This document shows, in pieces, positions 12,641 to 25,340 of a stretch of DNA of 64,000 nucleotides. Under the pieces are notes generated by a model. That model had not been told where the DNA came from and ran no database searches. It was given only the letters and a program-made list of their open reading frames with translations. The stretch spans positions 21,102-85,101 of the forward strand of contig CAXHJY010000894.1 of the NCBI GenBank assembly GCA_964016885.1, written 5' to 3'. Position 1 is the first letter of the stretch. Each line of letters starts with the position of its first letter. This stretch comes from Eledone cirrhosa. Taxonomy: Eukaryota. The position numbers were made by a program, and so were the translations under genes.

Positions 12641-12789
12641 CCTCATTTAAAGTCTAATGCTAGCAAGGATTGTTGTGTTGTGATTCAAGAGTCCTTTCTA
12701 ACTGACAGTGAGGTATGATTGAGATACATATGTGTTTGTGTGTGTAATTATTTACATCAAAGTTGTAATTGCACTGTAGCGACATAAGT

Positions 12790-13100
12790 TACATATATAT
12801 ATCTGTAATGTGGTTGTGTAGGAATCGCAATAAAAAGTACCCAGTCCATGCTGTAAAGTAGTCATGTCAGCGACACGACAAAACGTGCCCAGTCCAAGCT
12901 GTAAAGTGTTTGTGTAAGTTACATGACAAAAAGTACCCAGCACACACTGTAAATGTGGTTGATGTTAGGAAGGGCATCCAGATGTAGAAACCAAGCCAAA
13001 ATCAGCCCCGGGTGAGTGAAGCACAGTCCTCTGACCTGATTCTCTCCTAAAGGGTCAGCCCGTCCTACCCATGCTAGCATGGAAAATGGACTTTAAATGA
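12790..13100 (+). mobile_element. RTE 3'-UTR-derived non-autonomous repeat with ~45-bp subrepeats
   Basis: Repeated AAAAGTACCCAG...CTGTAAAG units, then GTTAGGAAGGGCATCCAG and CCCATGCTAGCATGGAAAATGGAC. Relatives at ~11015-11320 (-), 18945-19345 (+) and 32130-32300 (-). Confidence 0.7.
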
Positions 13101-13213
13101 AAAAGTTTAAAAAAAAAACTCTACATATTTAATAATTTCCTGTGAAGAGCTCTGGTGGTCCCAATTGGTTAAATTAATGTATCTTAAATTATTAGATCGC
13201 ATAAAAGTGTTGC

Positions 13214-13835
13214 TTAACCCTTTCATGATTGTATTTCTAATGAAATACACTTATTTTAATTCATTAAAGAAGAATTTTGAGTAATTTACTAAGATTTTTA
13301 ACTTAACTTATGATTCATCATCACCATTTTAACGTCCACTTTTCGTACGAGCAAGCGTTGGATGGGTCTACATAGACCAAGTCAGTACTAAAGCGGGGCT
13401 TTATATATATATATTTATATAGTGTGTGTGTCTGTATTGAACACAAGTCAGAGATAGAAGGTTAATTAGTACAGTGTTTTACGATCGTTTCAGAGGGTTG
13501 ATTGATCATGGTAGATCAATATATCAACTAACAGGTAGCTGTTCTATTGCTACCTGTTTCTAATCTTGAAATTTGTTATTAAGCCCACCGTCTTCTTCAG
13601 AAACAATATATATATATATAATTGTGTTGAAAATTTTTAATTTCTTTAAAATGGGTGGTTTTGTTCCATAGGATGACAGCCAGCTTTGACAAGGTTACTA
13701 CTTAAAGTAGTAAAAGGATTACAAGGTTAAAATTATGTTGAAAGATTTTAATTTCAATAGGAACCTTATAAAATGGGCAGTTTTCTTTTATAAGTTGCAA
13801 GCCAATTTTGGCCAGGTTAGTAATAAAAGGGTTAC
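13214..13835. mobile_element. piggyBac-like MITE interrupted by nested insertions
   Basis: TTAACCCTTT left end and AAAAGGGTTA right end; related ends at ~19645, 24425-24685 and 47316-48046. Confidence 0.5.
13475..13605 (-). ncRNA. Type-I hammerhead ribozyme with long stem/loop II, in a solo PLE-end remnant (13422-13605)
   Basis: Minus strand: tgttt-CTGAAGA-agacggtgg...caaccctct-GAAAC-gatc-GTA-aaaca; perfect 5-bp stem I, palindromic ACGATCGT stem III; (TA)n on both sides. Confidence 0.7.
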
Positions 13836-13924
13836 ATATCATATGGCAGGGTTGTAAGGTTTAATGCATTAATTTCAAGAGTCTTCCAAAATCTCTTTTA
13901 TTCCTTCCAGTTTTGCCTTCATCA

Positions 13925-14625
13925 TTATCATCATCATTATCATTTTTACGTCTGTTTTTCCCCTTTTGCGTGGGTTGGATGGGACCTTTTTGGCATTGTT
14001 TCAGCGATTTGAGGTCAGCTCTCACCTCCTCTGCCCAGGTCTTTCTTGGTCTACCTCCACTGCAGCTTCCTTCCATTGGAATTTCTTGGCACTTCTTCAC
14101 CCAGTGATCATCATCCATTCACATCACATGTCCATGCCGATGCAGTCTTCTCTCCTGCAACCACCTCAGATTCTTCTTAAACCCAGTTTTACCTTCAGCT
14201 CATCGAAGCTCTGCGATTCTCTCACACTTACATTGTATATCCAACAAAGCATGGTTGCTTCATTTTTCCCCAGCCTATCCATGTCCTCTGCAGTCACAGC
14301 TGATATTTCACTACCATACAGCATCACACTTCGCACACAGTCATCCTTTTGTGCATAGGGAGAAACCTTTTGTTAACAGTGGGAGTAGCTGTCTAAACTT
14401 TTTCCATCCTATCCTTATTCTAGCTATTATGCACCCTCCTCCTCTGCTAATTAAGGCACCTAAATAGCAGAAGCTATCAACCACTTCTGTGGATCTTTCA
14501 TGTGATTGGAAAAGGTTTATATCACTGACACTCTTCCCCTCGATTACCCCTGTGCATCTTCTACATACAAAGTCTTCCCATGTCGTTTGTCTATCCATTA
14601 TCCCTGTACATTTCTTGTGTACCTA
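13925..14625 (-). pseudogene. Decayed RTE 3' fragment (family of 43499-46636)
   Basis: FVCRRCTG, EVVDSFCYLG, RIGWKKFRQLLPLLTKGFSL, WVKKCQEIPMEG, GRPRKTWAEEV. Confidence 0.85.
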
Positions 14626-14891
14626 AGATTTACATTGTCTTATATATGTATATATATATGTATATATATATTTGTATATGTGTAATTCTGTTACTATCAA
14701 CCTGGATGTCCTGCTTACCATTCACCTGCGCTTCCATGAAATTTCTTTGTTTGGTTCACTGCAGTGCAGCAGCAGCAGCAACAGCAGCTGTTTGACTATA
14801 AGTACGGCCCTCTGCTGTTGTGGAAATTGCTAGCTCTACAGTAGCTGTTGCTAAACTGCAGCAACAATCAAAATGATCGTTAAGTCGTCAC

Positions 14892-14892
14892 T

Positions 14893-14931
<39 letters not shown>

Positions 14932-15030
14932 CACCACTATCACTACTACTACTATCACGACTACTACTACCACCACTATTACCATCACCACTATCACTAC
15001 CACCACTACTACTATCACCACTACTACTAT

Positions 15031-15075
<45 letters not shown>

Positions 15076-15175
15076 CACTATCACTACTACTATTATCACT
15101 GCCACTACTACTACTGCTACCACTACCACCACCACCACTACTGCTGCTACCACCACTACCACAACAACAACAACC
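14892..15175. repeat. (ACT/ACC)n trinucleotide repeat
   Basis: Visible directly; source of the poly-T, poly-V and poly-S ORFs. Confidence 0.95.
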
Positions 15176-15266
15176 CATAGTTTTAAGAAAAATAAATATT
15201 TGGTTTCACCATATTTATTTCTTCACCAAACTCTAAAAACTGCATGCATACATATATATATATATA

Positions 15267-15459
15267 ACGAAGGAAATGTGGTAAGGAACCAGGTGGACCA
15301 TAACGCACCAAAGTACTCAATACTTAGGGTAGTAGAGTGGGTAATAGGAACAAGTAAGACCCCGACGGCTGAGCTCAAGCCGTTTCGACGGCTAATTCTG
15401 TACAGAATTAGCCGTCGAAACGGCTTGAGCTCAGCCGTCGGGGTCTTACTTGTTCCTAT
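15267..15459 (-). mobile_element. Fold-back half-hammerhead element, copy 1 (perfect 116-bp palindrome at 15344-15459 plus tail)
   Basis: 58-bp arms are exactly complementary around TGT|ACA; contains GAAAC-GGC-ttgagctca-GCC-GTC-ggggtc; flanked by (TA)n; homologous to 33138-33330. Confidence 0.8.
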
Positions 15460-15679
15460 ATATATATATACATGTTGTTATGCTTTGGGAGGGTCATATT
15501 GCCAATAAGAAACAAACGCACCAGTTGCTTTCACTCCAATTTATTATAAATTAAATTTATAAATTTCCGGTTATCGGTTTCAACACACGTTTTCAGATAA
15601 AGAATCTTGCTAAACAAATTCAGAAACGAAATATATATACATGATTTCTTACAAATCAAATAGTTCTAGTCAGAATAAA

Positions 15680-15862
15680 ATAATTGTTTCTACTTTTGGC
15701 ACAAGGCCAGCAACTATCCCAGTACATTACTGGTACTTTATTTTATCGACCCCATAAGGATAAAAGGCAAAGTTAACCTCGGCGGGATTTGAACTCAGAC
15801 CATAAAGGGCTGAAACTCTTTGCTGCAAAGCATGGCATCCGACTCTCTACCGATACTGCCAA
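15680..15862 (-). mobile_element. SINE family B, near full length
   Basis: Matches the reverse complement of 24003-24202. Confidence 0.85.
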
Positions 15863-15954
15863 ATAATGATGCCTGCACTCTACCAATGTATTGAGTACCT
15901 TTTTAAACTGTGGTCACCTCTCAATCCCCATCAGGAAACTACCCATAATTATAT

Positions 15955-16294
15955 CATCATTCATCATCATCATTTCATTTTACGTCCACTTTTTCCCTGC
16001 TTGCAAGGGTGGGACGGGAACTGATTCTGGCTTGATTTCTACAGCTGGATGCCCTTCCTAACACCAACCTCATTTACAGTGAGTGCTGGGTGTTTTTTTG
16101 CCGTGGCACCTCCACGACCACTTTGCAGTGGAATGATAGGGACCCCAGTTCCTATCATCTCATTTCTACAGCTGAGTAAACTGGAGCAATGTGAAATAAA
16201 GTGTCTTGAAACAACACATCACCCGGTCTGAGAATTGAACTCACAACCTTTCGATTGCAAGCCCAATGCTCTAACCACTAAGCTATGTGCCTCC
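15955..16294 (-). mobile_element. SINE family A, full length
   Basis: Reverse complement of 12275-12608 with a (TGA)n tail. Confidence 0.92.
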
Positions 16295-16569
16295 ATTATA
16301 TATATGGATATATATATATATGTGTGTGTGATCATCATCATCTTCGTTTTTATATTGACTTTTTCAAGCAATATTTTGCAGCTGGAAGCCTTTCCTAACA
16401 CTAAACCTTTTAACCATGTCTTACAATCCAGAGGAATACAGGGGATACAGTGTATCTATTTTAAACCAAATACACCTAGCCAATACAGTGACAAATTTAG
16501 AGTACTGGTAGGGGTTCACCAGGGCTCAGTCCTTAGCGCCGTCTGTTTATCATAATCTTCCATGTATTA

Positions 16570-17160
16570 AAATGTTGCTCTCTCAGCCATTACACTTCAG
16601 AATCCCCCTGAACTGTTGCAAGTCAACAGCTACAGGGGAAAAAAGGATGTCGACTCTGAAGGACAATGTCCAATCCCAGAGAGACAATGTCCAAAAGAGG
16701 AAGGCCTAGGTGTAGTGGTCAGCACAGTGACTAGTGGAGGTGAACACAATATATATAATGAGAGGAGAAAGTGGTGAACAAGTTGAGTGTCTGAGTGAAG
16801 GTGACTGACATAAGACCAACTAGCTTCAAGGAACAGAGGCATTTCTAGTAGCAGTAGAGATAGTAGATATAATGAGGGAGAGGAGACAGCATTTGGGTCA
16901 GACATTGTAGAATGCATGTGTGTGTACAATTTCATGACAATCAGTTGAGTTGCTTTTGTTTGGATGCAGTCTGGGATGTGTGTGCGTTTGTGGAGGAGGG
17001 GTGAGCATAACTCTATTGTGGGCCTCACACATGCTTTGTAGAGAGTTTGTAACTAGTTTTCAGTAAAATATTTTCTGGTTTTGAAGACGAAGGTCAGTCT
17101 TTGAAGCACAGTATTTGCTATATTGATGAAGGCTGTGCCAATAATATCTTTAAGAAAGAT
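16570..17160 (-). pseudogene. Highly decayed LINE (CR1/Jockey-group) 3' fragment
   Basis: VRPTIELCSPL resembles the VRPxLEYCSPVW motif; SFFP near its end. Weak support. Confidence 0.4.
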
Positions 17161-18468
17161 ATGAATATCACAACATCATCCTTACACTCCACCTCATTAT
17201 AAATGTGAAGCTTCTAGCTTATATATGAAATCAATAAAAGATCCAGTTTATCTGATTACTTATTTAACTGGGGAGTATTTTTGCCATTTCATTTTGTCTG
17301 ACACTCAAACAAATTTTGCCCAATCTACCTTCATTTTGACAGTGAATGCTTTTCATCAATTGGTCAAACCTTCTTTTGTTGTCAGAGCAACCCTGTTAAG
17401 AGCATAGCAATAATATTAAAGTCCTCCTCACCCAATAACCTGGATAAATGTGTCCTTTATTTTCTTCTCATTTTGTTTTCATCATCAATTGCCTTTCCTG
17501 CACGTGCTGACTCAGGCATCATCATCATCATATGTCTGTTTTCCCTACTCAAGCGGAGCCACCGACCTCTGTTGTCCAGGGGGAGTTTTTTACTTTTAGT
17601 TTTCTCCTGTAACTCCTGAGGAAATCATGTGTGAACCGTATTGATATACAGTGGTTCTAGGGCATTTTTTAAAACCTAATGTAACCCATCTCCTCTCCAG
17701 GTCTGAATACAGCAGGTTTCTTCTAGAGAAGGAAAGAAAGAGAGAGAATGGAAGCTTTACATGCAATCAAACGTTTTAACAAGTACATTTTATCATGGCA
17801 CTAACCCTAGGGAAGTTTGTCATATCTTTGGTTTAGCTGAAGAGCCTTACTGACCTTTTGTTTTCTATGAGTAAATGCCCTTCTTATCAGCAACCACTTT
17901 ATAGAATGTATTGGGTGGTCATTTATCATGTAGATCACCAACAGTAGGGAGGCAGTTTATGACAAATGCAATGAGTGGGTTAAGGGCCTGTTTTAAAATT
18001 GCTTTTATTTTCACTGTTAGCCAACCAACCGTTACTGCTCTTTACTGTAACACAGCCAAAGCTGTGTTTGCTGAATAAATCATTATTTCATTATACGATG
18101 CTTTAATCAGCTAGAAAGCATAACATTTACTTTCAGTGCCTTATGAGTGAGTGAATATGTGAGAGGGAGAGATTGTGTGTGTGTGTGTATGTGTGGAAAA
18201 TACTACTGCTATTAAAACAAATGACTCTATAGCTACATCCAAACACTATACTCATTTCAAGAAACAACTTTATCATATAGACCGTTTCATTTAGTGTATA
18301 TATGTGTTTGTACATGTATGTGTGCTTGTATGTATGTGTGTTTGTGTGTGTGCATGCACGTATGTGTGCATGGGTATATATGTGTGTGTGTATTTATGCA
18401 AATAGTAAATGAATAAACAACACAGTAAAATGATACAGTACAATAAAGAGATATATTAGTTTAATGCT

Positions 18469-18723
<255 letters not shown>

Positions 18724-19421
18724 TATATAATACAATGGAGTAGCGTCAGATCAATGTTGTTTGATTTACCTTGATCGGTCAGATCTGCCAATACTGTAAC
18801 AGGTAAGTGTTATACTATTGGCAGATATGTTTATTGATGAATTGAAATAATATTAATAATGATAGATAAATAAAATAAAATAAAATAAATGGAGCCTTTA
18901 GGCAAAAATTATTACATTTATCATATTTGATGACATATTCTACCCAGTGGTAGTGCTGGTACTACAACAGAAAGAACCCAGTTCACCCTGTAAGGTGGTA
19001 GTGTTGGTTTCATGACAAAAAACACAATCCACTCTCTATGGTGGTCGTGCTGGGGCTACAACAGAAAGAACCCAGTTCAGTCTGTATGGTGGTAGTTATG
19101 ATGCCATGGTCAAAAAGGACTTAGTCCATCCTGTAAGATGGTAGTGGCGGTGTCATGTAAAATGCTCCCAGTACACAATGTAAATTGGTTGGAGTTAGGA
19201 ATGGCATTCAGCCATAGAAACCGAGCCAAAAATGTAACATATGAGCATAATGTGGTCACCTGATCTGTCTCACCTCAGAATGTGACAACCTGTCTTGCCT
19301 ATGCAAGCTTGGAAAATAGATGTTTGGGGATGATGATGATGATGTTATTGATGATTTTCCATACTTAATTCTGGAATATTGTTGGAGCAATTCATTTTCT
19401 AGCTGGACACTTCTACATAAA

Positions 19422-19552
19422 TATGGGTGTATTAAAAAGTATCATCTGATTTCAAAAGACTATATTTTTTAAACAAATATAGCCTTTAGAAACCAGATGA
19501 TTGTTTTTCATACACTTTTGAAATCAGATGATTCTCTTTGATACCCCATGTA
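19422..19552. mobile_element. Mariner/Tc1-like MITE
   Basis: Terminal inverted repeats GGGTGTATTAAAAAGTATCATCTGATTTCAAAAG and CTTTTGAAATCAGATGATTCTCTTTGATACCCC, flanked by TA. Confidence 0.55.
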
Positions 19553-19742
19553 TATGAAAAGTAAATGAAGAAACATCATAATTACTAAGAGGAATCAGAA
19601 CTTCACTTTTCCCGCAACACAGTAATTGAAGCAAAATTTCAATTTAACCCTTTTGTTACTATGTTTCTAATGAAATGCACTCTATTTCAATTGATTAATG
19701 AATAACTTTGAGTGATTTACTAAAATTATTATTTCTTTACTA

Positions 19743-21640
19743 AAGGCGGTGGAAGAATGTTTAGAATGTTGGGCAAAATGCTTTGCAGCATTTAGTTACG
19801 CCCCTTTATGTTCTGAGTTCAAATCTCTCCAAGGTCAACTTTGCCTTTCATCCTTCCATGATTGATAAAATAAAGTACCAATCATGCACTGGGGCTGATG
19901 TAATAGACTTTCCTTCCTTGTACTTTTCAATAATGTCTTGCTAATGTGGTTCATGTGGTTTGTTAATTCATATGTTCATAGTATCTTTACTAGTGGACAG
20001 ATCATTGTGAACATTTTCAGTAAAGACTTTAATGTATAATGTGATGCAGTCACAGTGCTGTTTTGTTCTTTTTGAGAATGTCATGCTAATGAGGTTTCAT
20101 GTGATACAGGACGTTAAGAGTTAATGCTCTCCTCAATCTTTCTTTATTAGAATTGTATCACTCTGGAACCACTATTCCACCCATGGACACTCCCTTCCTT
20201 TCCTCTTGCAAATACCCTGCAAGAGTTGAAGCCAGAACTCCCCAGTTGTCCCTACATGGTAATCTGGAAAGGTCTAGAAGGATCTGTGCTTACTACGCTT
20301 TGTTTATTTCAGGAAAATAAGGTTCTATAGTTACTGCCTTTCTTATTTGTGAAAATAAGAATCTATAGTTACTGCCCTTCTTATTAAAAAAATTAAGGAT
20401 CTATGCTTCCTACTCTTCTTATTCAGGGCATCCAGCTGTAGAAACTTTGCAAAAAATGGATCATATGAACAAAATGTGGTTCCCTAACTGTGTGAACTTG
20501 TGCCAGCATGGAATAGACATAAAATGATGGTGGTGGGGTGGTAGTGTGATGATGATAATGATGATAAATGAGACATAGCATATTGATGTTAAGCAATCTA
20601 CAAAGAATGAAATAAGTTCTAATTTAGGCACAAAGCCAGCAATTTGTGGGAAGGGAAAGTTTTTTATTTCAGCCTCAGTACATGACTGGTGCTTTATTTT
20701 ATTGACCCTGAAAAAGATGAAGAGCAAAGTTGATCTCACTGGAATTTAAACTCAGAATGTAAAGATACAGAACAATAGCATTTTATTTGATGCTCTACCA
20801 TTTCTGCCAACCCTTTCTTTCATCTAATATTGATTTCTAATATAGGCACAAAGCCAGGGAATTTGGAGAAGTTGATTAAATTAACCCTGTATTTGACTGG
20901 TATTTCATGTTATCAACCCCAGAAGGATGAAAGGTAAAATTGATTTTGGTGGGATTTGAACTCAATGTAAAGAGACACAACTGAATGTTGCAAAGTATTT
21001 TGTTCAATCAGAAACAAGATAATAGTTTCTGATTTTATTTCAAAATACTCAAATATATTCCTAGAATAAAATTACATAAAAATAATAAAGAATTTAATAC
21101 TTAGTCAATCATACAGAAAAAGAAAGCAGTATTGGAAAGGACTATAAATGCCATAAATGAGAGGAAAATGAGGGAAAGACCAACAAAAGAAAGAAAGGGA
21201 AAGGACGACAGACTCTACACCTATGTTAGAGTGGTGTTTTGGCTTCAGACAATGGCCAGGGGAGGGGGGGGGGAAGTTGATTAAATCAATGTGTTACTGG
21301 TACTTTATTTTATCGCCCCCACGTAATGGTGAAAAGCAAAGTTAATCTCGGTGGGATTTAAACTCAGACCATAAAGTTCAAATCCCACCGAGGTTAACTT
21401 TGTCTTTCATGAGGTCAATAAAATAAAGCACCAGTAATGTACTGGGATAATTGCTAGCTGTGTGCCAAATCTAGAAACAATTATTTTGTTTGGACAGTGG
21501 AGAGTAGTGGATTGGCAGTATCAGTAGAAAGTTGGACAATATGTCCTATATAAAGGGACATAACTATAGTTACATCCCTTTACGTTCGGAGTTCAAATTC
21601 TGCAAGGTTAGCTTTGCTTTTCATCATTTTGGGTGTCAAT
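19743..21640. mobile_element. Cluster of older SINE family B copies (~19743-19910 +, 20610-20810 -, 20830-21000 -, 21275-21375 -, 21376-21483 +, 21495-21640 +)
   Basis: Recurrent GAGTTCAAAT...GGTCAACTTTGCCTTTCATCC...TAAAGTACCA motif on both strands. Confidence 0.75.
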
Positions 21641-23639
21641 GCCAAACAAAATACTGACATTCAGTTAGGACAGAAAGGCAAGGAGATCAGGTGTTAAGCA
21701 TGGGTTGTCTGTAACAAGATGCATGAAGCAATTCTCTGAAACAATGGCTGAGAAGAGAGGGGACAATGAAGTGTATAAGAAGGTTGTTAAATAGACCTAG
21801 GAAGAGATTAATTATGAGGAATTTGAGTAGGTAAAGCAAGAGTATAATTCTAGAAGATTCATAGAAAAGATTATTGAAACAAATCAAAGCTGAAAGTGGT
21901 AGATAATGGCGGTGGTAGTGGTGACGATGGTGGTAGTGCTAGTGGTAGCTGTGGTGGTGGCAGTAGTGAGTAGTGTTGTTGATGGTGATAATGTTGTTGT
22001 TGTGTGAAGTCTGAAGTATGTGAGCAGCTGGTGAGTTTTAAGAGATGTTGTGGTGAAAATATTAGATATATTACAGTCTGGATGAAGATGATCCTGTTTA
22101 ATCTAGTTATAGATCTTCACAGTGGGGGGGGGGGGGTCAGGTGAATAATGGTTTGTGTGTGTGTGTGTATATATATTATATATATATATATGTGTGCGTG
22201 TTTCTCTCTTCTTCACAGTCACTAGCATTTGGACAATGGTGCGTATGTCTCTCTCTATCTCATCTGGACAATGGTGTGTATGTATGTCTGTTTCTCTATC
22301 TCATCTAGAAAATGGTGTGTATGTATATACATATCTCTCTCTCATCTGGAAAATGGTGTGTATGCCTGTATGCTTCTGTCTGCCCCCTGCCCCCTCTAAT
22401 CTGCTGACTGTTTTTAAAGGGTGTTTAAAGATCAGATAGATACACATATATAGTTACATGCACTCACACACATGCAGTTACATACATGCAGTCACATACA
22501 TAAATATACATAGTCACACACACACACATACACTCAGACACATAGATGCTCATACTTAGGCACACACACAGAACACACATACATCCATAGACACACTTAT
22601 ACAGACGTGCACACAGGCATATGGATAGGCATATGTGCCAGCATACATACATACTTGCCCTCCCATGAAGATACTCGTAGTCACATATTTGCAGATATTC
22701 ACATAGGTGGATGTGAGCATATACACATTATCAGAGACATATATACACAGATATATACATTGCACCCACATACATGCGCATGTGCATTCACGGCCACTAT
22801 AAAATTACACTCAACCCACACCAGCAGTGCTGGTACCACTAAAAAAGCATCCAGTCCACCCTATTAGATAGTAGTAAGGGTAGGAAATGCTGGGAAGCAA
22901 TTGGCATTAGGAAGAGTATCTATCCATAGAAACCATTCCCAAAATGTATTGTAGGAGAAAGACACTGTTGTCTAGCCCATGCAAGCATGGAAAATAGACA
23001 TAAAACAGTGATGGTGATACATATACACACACAAATATGACAAATGGACTTCTACAGTTTCTACCAAATTTCACTGAGGCTATTGTAGAAAAACAGTTAC
23101 CCAAGGTGACATCTCTTGGTTGCGAAGTGAACTCCTTAACCACACAGCCATGCCTGCACGACACCTATGTTTATTTCATTTCATTGTCATTACAGTTATT
23201 TTGTGTAAACATAAAAATAAATGGCTGTTATCATGGAACAGTAACTGTTAGAGTTAAGATATTATAAGACCCTCTGGATGCAGTGAATTCAAATATTACT
23301 GCATCAATGTTCTTGTGCATGTGGTAATTATGTGTGAAATTTAAAATCATCAGGTATTAAAAACCAAGTGTTAGATAACAAGCAAGAAAACTGAGAATAA
23401 ATAAGAATCTCTTTATATTTACTCTACATAAGGTTAATGTAATTACTTTACGATGTAGACAGTCGTAAATGCAATAGTTCCAATAAAATAATGTAATGTG
23501 GTGTGTGCCTTTGTTTTGGTGTAAACATTAATGAATGCTCAGCGAAACCATAAATGCCTTTGTGAAAGCATGATTCTTATGTATCAAAAGGCATATAATA
23601 TTAGTGTGTTGAAAGAATCCATTATAGGCAAGAAAACAC

Positions 23640-24202
23640 GGTGGATTGGCAAAATCGTTAGAGCGTCAAATAAAAGGCTATGCACATTTGTTCTTGCTCT
23701 TTACATTTTGAATTTAAATCATGTCAAGGTCAACTTTGCCTTTTATCCTTCTGGGATTATCAAAGTACCTGTCACATCAATCGACTTTACCCTCCACACA
23801 AATTGTTGGCATTGTGCCTAAATTAGAAATCATTATTATAGGTCAGACATGCTTTCCAGCATAGTTACGTCCCTTTACGATCTGAGTTCAAATCCCGCCG
23901 AGGTTAACTTTGCCTTTCATCCTTACGGGGTCGATAAAATAAAGTACCAGTAATACACTGGATAATTGCTGGCCTTGTGCCAAAAGTACAAACAATTATT
24001 ATAGGTAAGAGTGGTGGATTGGCAGTATCGGTAGAGGGTCGGACGCCATGCTTTGCAGCATAGTTACGGTCCTGTATGGTCTGAGTTCAAATCCCGCCGA
24101 GGTTAACTTTGCCTTTCATCCTTACGGGGTCGATGAAATAAAGTACCAGTAATGCACTGGGATAATTGCTGGCCTTGTGCCAAAAGTAGAAACAATTATT
24201 AT
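23640..24202 (+). mobile_element. Three tandem SINE family B copies (one old, one 5'-truncated, one full length at 24003-24202)
   Basis: A-box-like TGGCAGTATCGG, B box GTTCAAATCC, Meta-like centre, 3' end GTGCCAAAAGTAGAAACAATTATT; each copy is followed by ATAGGT. Confidence 0.85.
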
Positions 24203-25340
24203 AGGTAAAAAAGGGGCTTGCAAAGATATAATTTTAATTGGGGTAGAACAGGAAAGATTTCTTAGATCACTTCTTGTCCTAAGGTTGGTTCAGTCCATTC
24301 TACATGATGTTTATCTTTGTTGTTTAGCATCAAATCACCCCTGATGAAGCTCACCTATGATCAAAAGCATTCCATTATTTTCCTGGCATAGTGCACTTAG
24401 GATCATATTATTCAGTGTGTCATTCAACTTTTAACATTTTTGTTATCATATTTCTAATAAAAGACACTATCTATGATTATCAAATCATTTTGAAAATAAT
24501 CAAGAATTTGGAGAGATTTAGTTAACTTTCTCATTAATAAATTAGTGTTTGGAAAATAATTTAACAAAATTTCTTACATAAAATTATGATGAAGGTTTTT
24601 AAATAAATACAAATACCCGAAAACTAACAGCTTAATATTATAATACCAGAGGCAATTTTAAGTGGTTTGGTCTGAAAAGGTTTAAGAAGACAGTAGGGTT
24701 TGCTTTGAGGGAGATTTTGGCTGTATTTTCTAACAGGCTGAATAACTATGTAGCGACTCTCTCATCAGTTCATATATGTTTAGGTAAGCCAGCTATCTGA
24801 AAAATAACTAACTACAAGCCAACAAGAAAACCTGTACATGGTTAGCCCTCCTGCTAGAAATAGTAGCTAAATCTCCCTCAAATAAGCAAAACAAAGTGAT
24901 GGTTATGGCATAGGACTGCTCAATCAGAGCTAGCATTTGTATAAACTGCATCAAGAGCTAGCCACCATTCTTTCATCATGGCAAAGTAGCTGACATTAAC
25001 CTTTTGATATTAAACTGCCTCTGATTCTACAAGCTGTTTATTTTAAAGTATTTCTCATTATCATCATCATCATTTAATAACCACTTTCCCTGCTAAGAAG
25101 AATTGAATGGGTCATCACAGACCAAATTAGTACTTAATCAGAGCTACCTTCCATCAGAATTTTATTTAAGAACCTTTAAGTTATGTTGTAGACACCAGAT
25201 TAATAATTGTAAAGTTAGTTATATCATCAAATCCTACCAAATTCTTGACTATCTAAACTATAATAAAGTAAGAAGTGTGGGACTGCGTACGGTTTATATT
25301 TTTTTATCCCCTTAGTAAAATAAGTTGGATTACTTTGAAT

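Noticed and set aside
14851-15508. Mucin-like poly-Thr, poly-Val or Gly/Ser ORFs
   Set aside because: Trinucleotide repeat read-through into the fold-back element; no splice or compositional support.
15490-15630. Minus-strand CTGAAAA...GAAAC motif
   Set aside because: Core and stems do not fit a hammerhead.
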